From Candidatus Micrarchaeota archaeon (GTDB taxonomy: Archaea; Micrarchaeota; Micrarchaeia; Micrarchaeales; CABMGC01), in the NCBI GenBank assembly GCA_021801225.1, contig JAJYYF010000011.1, positions 6,113 to 70,112 on the forward strand: DNA of 64,000 bases, given 5' to 3'. The notes under the pieces are model-generated. The model was not told the origin of the DNA and searched no databases. It saw only the letters and a program-made list of their open reading frames with translations. The translations under genes were made by a program, and so were the position numbers. Positions 62,032 to 64,000 of this stretch are shown in pieces. Position 1 is the stretch's first letter. Each line of letters starts with the position of its first letter.

Positions 62032-62144
62032 AAGATATAACTTTACACGACATGAGTAATTATTTATTAATTTAATAATCTTCAAAAAGTTATACAGATT
62101 TTTGATTATAAAAAAGTTTAAGTTATGGTTATTTTAAAATAAGA

Positions 62145-62215
62145 TGGAGGTACAGAGAATCGAACTCTGGCTTGCAGAATGTCAATCTGCCGTCCTGCCA
62201 CTAGACGATACCTCC
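62145..62215 (-). tRNA. tRNA-Val (anticodon GAC), no intron
   Basis: Hand-folded, 71 nt. Acceptor GGAGGTA/TACCTCC; D arm GTCT-AGTGGCA-GGAC; anticodon arm GCAGA-TTGACAT-TCTGC; T arm CAGAG-TTCGATT-CTCTG. Its 5' end lies 1 nt after the rnz stop codon. Confidence 0.85.
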
Positions 62216-62216
62216 A

Positions 62217-63107
62217 TTATAAAGTTACTTTATAACCATCCTTTCCAATCACAGTATTTTCGAATACCGCTTTTGCTTCATTTATTAATTCGTAATCATC
62301 TTTATATCTTGCGCTGAAATGTGTAAGTATAAGTTGCTTGACTTTTGCCTTTTTTGCAAGCTCTGCGGCTTCAGAAACTGTAGAATGTTTTCTTGATTTT
62401 GCTAGTTCTAAATACTTTGATGTATATGAAGATTCATGTATAAGTATATCTGCGTTTTTAGAATTTTTAAGTGTTTCTGCACAAGGTCGCGTATCAGAGG
62501 AGTATACTATTTTTCTTCCAATTTTTTTGAATGACACTTGTTTAAGTAAGATTTTTTTGTTGTTTATTATTATATGATTTTTTAGTTCAAGATGTTTAAA
62601 CATCTCTCCTTTTATCCCTAATTTTTTGCACATCTTTAAATCAAACTTTACCTTGTCATTTTCCTTAAATACAAAACCAAAAGTTTCTACAGTATGATTC
62701 AATTTAAATGAAGATATAGTATAGTCCTTTCCTTTAAAGATAACGCCTCTTTGTATTGGAAGTATTTTTATTGGGTAGTTAATTATTGCTTTGTCAAATT
62801 TTATAAGAGAAACTACTGCTTTTTCATAGCCTTTTGGTATAAATATTTTGAGTTCTTCAGTCCTATTATTAAGAGCAAGTGTACGAACAAGACCTGCAAC
62901 TCCTATTACATGATCACCATGTATATGACTAAGGAATATTGCACGTATTTTATGCGGAGATAGACCAAACTTTAAAAGCTGCATTTGAGTACCTTCCCCA
63001 CAATCAAATAGAAATGAATCGCCTTCGTAAGATAAATACAAAGAAGGCAACGCTCTTGTTTTTGTAGGTGCAGAGCCCGCAGTCCCTAAAAGAGTTATTT
63101 CGAACAT
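62217..63107 (-). CDS. rnz: Ribonuclease Z (tRNA 3' endonuclease, metallo-beta-lactamase fold)
   Basis: 296 aa. LGTAGSAPT and SHIHGDHVIG (HxHxDH). The C-terminal THFS histidine motif is also present. Confidence 0.85.
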   Translation of the reverse strand: MFEITLLGTAGSAPTKTRALPSLYLSYEGDSFLFDCGEGTQMQLLKFGLSPHKIRAIFLSHIHGDHVIGVAGLVRTLALNNRTEELKIFIPKGYEKAVVSLIKFDKAIINYPIKILPIQRGVIFKGKDYTISSFKLNHTVETFGFVFKENDKVKFDLKMCKKLGIKGEMFKHLELKNHIIINNKKILLKQVSFKKIGRKIVYSSDTRPCAETLKNSKNADILIHESSYTSKYLELAKSRKHSTVSEAAELAKKAKVKQLILTHFSARYKDDYELINEAKAVFENTVIGKDGYKVTL

Positions 63108-64000
63108 TTAATCATCTATTTCAATTGTGAATGTTTTATTTTTTAAATCTAATTTTGTAATTTTTATTTCAGGGAACTTCCTTTTAAACTCTTCTAAAGT
63201 TATACGTTTATTTTCATTTAAGAAGTTTATTGCTTCGTTTATTTGATACATTCTTTCCATTAAAATTTTACCTATTTTTGAGTATTTTTTTGAATCTTCA
63301 AATAATGATACTGCAAGATGTTCTTGTTTTGAGATGTTTATTTTTAATTCATTTATCTTTTGTTGTTTTGAGTCATCTTTTATATAAGATCTTTCTGAAA
63401 AATAAATGTAGTCTAAAGCCTCGCTTATACCTTCAAACTCCTTCTTTTCTAGTCCAGAATACTTTAAAATTTCACACAGAGAGTAATTTATTACTTTTCC
63501 ATTTTCAAAATATACACGTGGTTTTTCGTTCTTTAGTCTTTCAGAAAATAGTTTTAATTGATTGATTATAGCTTGCTTATCTTTTTCTGATAGTGAGTTA
63601 TTTTTAGGGTCTATATTTGCTCTTTTCAGTATATCCTCAACATACAAAGGACCTAGATTAACTGATTTGGAAAGTCTAGAAACTGCTTTTTCAGTATCTT
63701 CAATTGAAAATATAGATGTACCTAACGCTATTGCCTCTTCTAATGAATGTGAGTCATTTTTAGGAAGTATATATATGTTGTTTGGACGTATGGTCCTATC
63801 TGAAAAATCAAGTGATTTATAGCATATTTCTATGTTATTTGTTTCGTTTACAAGAATTATATTTCCTTTTCCTAACATCTCTATTGTTAAAAGATATTTT
63901 TCTTTTCCTACACTGAACTGAAGTATTCTATCATAATTTATCTGAGAGATTGAGTTGACTATTCTATTTTCAAGCCTTTTTCTAAGACCCATTACAAAGT
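63108..64000 (-). CDS. NFACT-family (FbpA/RqcH-Rqc2-like) protein; the N-terminus runs off the right edge and the protein appears short
   Basis: RILQFSVGKEKYLLTIEMLGKGNIILVNETNNI is the NFACT-N pattern, followed by an HhH-like region and a coiled-coil segment. The ORF stops at 63108, directly abutting the rnz start, without an obvious NFACT-R/C region. Confidence 0.6.
   Translation of the reverse strand, partial: FVMGLRKRLENRIVNSISQINYDRILQFSVGKEKYLLTIEMLGKGNIILVNETNNIEICYKSLDFSDRTIRPNNIYILPKNDSHSLEEAIALGTSIFSIEDTEKAVSRLSKSVNLGPLYVEDILKRANIDPKNNSLSEKDKQAIINQLKLFSERLKNEKPRVYFENGKVINYSLCEILKYSGLEKKEFEGISEALDYIYFSERSYIKDDSKQQKINELKINISKQEHLAVSLFEDSKKYSKIGKILMERMYQINEAINFLNENKRITLEEFKRKFPEIKITKLDLKNKTFTIEIDD

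Overview
The window is AT-rich (about 23-30% G+C on hand-counted lines) and looks archaeal. Supporting evidence: aIF5B, FEN-1, Rpo7/Spt4, aMBF1, Dph2, archaeal-type GluRS and ProRS, a Hef helicase, class III (QxxxE) signal-peptide pilins, and three of five tRNAs with introns at the canonical 37/38 position. The compact gene set and the very large, N-glycosylation-sequon-rich surface proteome suggest a small-genome (DPANN- or Thermoplasmata-like) lineage, but that is inference only.

Most of the window is housekeeping genes interleaved with many secreted or membrane-anchored orphan proteins. Three regions stand out:

1. 48179-58339: a ~10.2-kb integrated element in the 3' end of tRNA-Thr(CGU). 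It is bounded by a perfect 16-bp direct repeat and carries a tyrosine integrase, a serine recombinase, two PD-(D/E)xK-like nucleases, and a tightly packed cassette that I could not assign to a named defence system. The cassette comprises a methyltransferase, a 57-aa ORF, a DndD/SMC-like ATPase, a 133-aa partner and a PLD-nuclease/SF2-helicase fusion.

2. 21422-30096: a five-gene minus-strand operon. A 1510-aa adhesin and a 171-aa protein share the same ~125-aa Cys-bracketed C-terminal module. The other three genes are a MinD/ParA ATPase and two membrane-anchored beta-sandwich proteins. This is a candidate non-type-IV surface-filament system.

3. RNA and translation oddities. The tRNA-Trp intron carries a C/D-box-like guide aimed at C34. 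The tRNA-Thr lacks G18G19/U55. Two essential genes (fen, proS) have conserved N-terminal coding sequence with no ATG/GTG/TTG start.

All homology calls rest on motifs I recognise by eye. No database search was possible.
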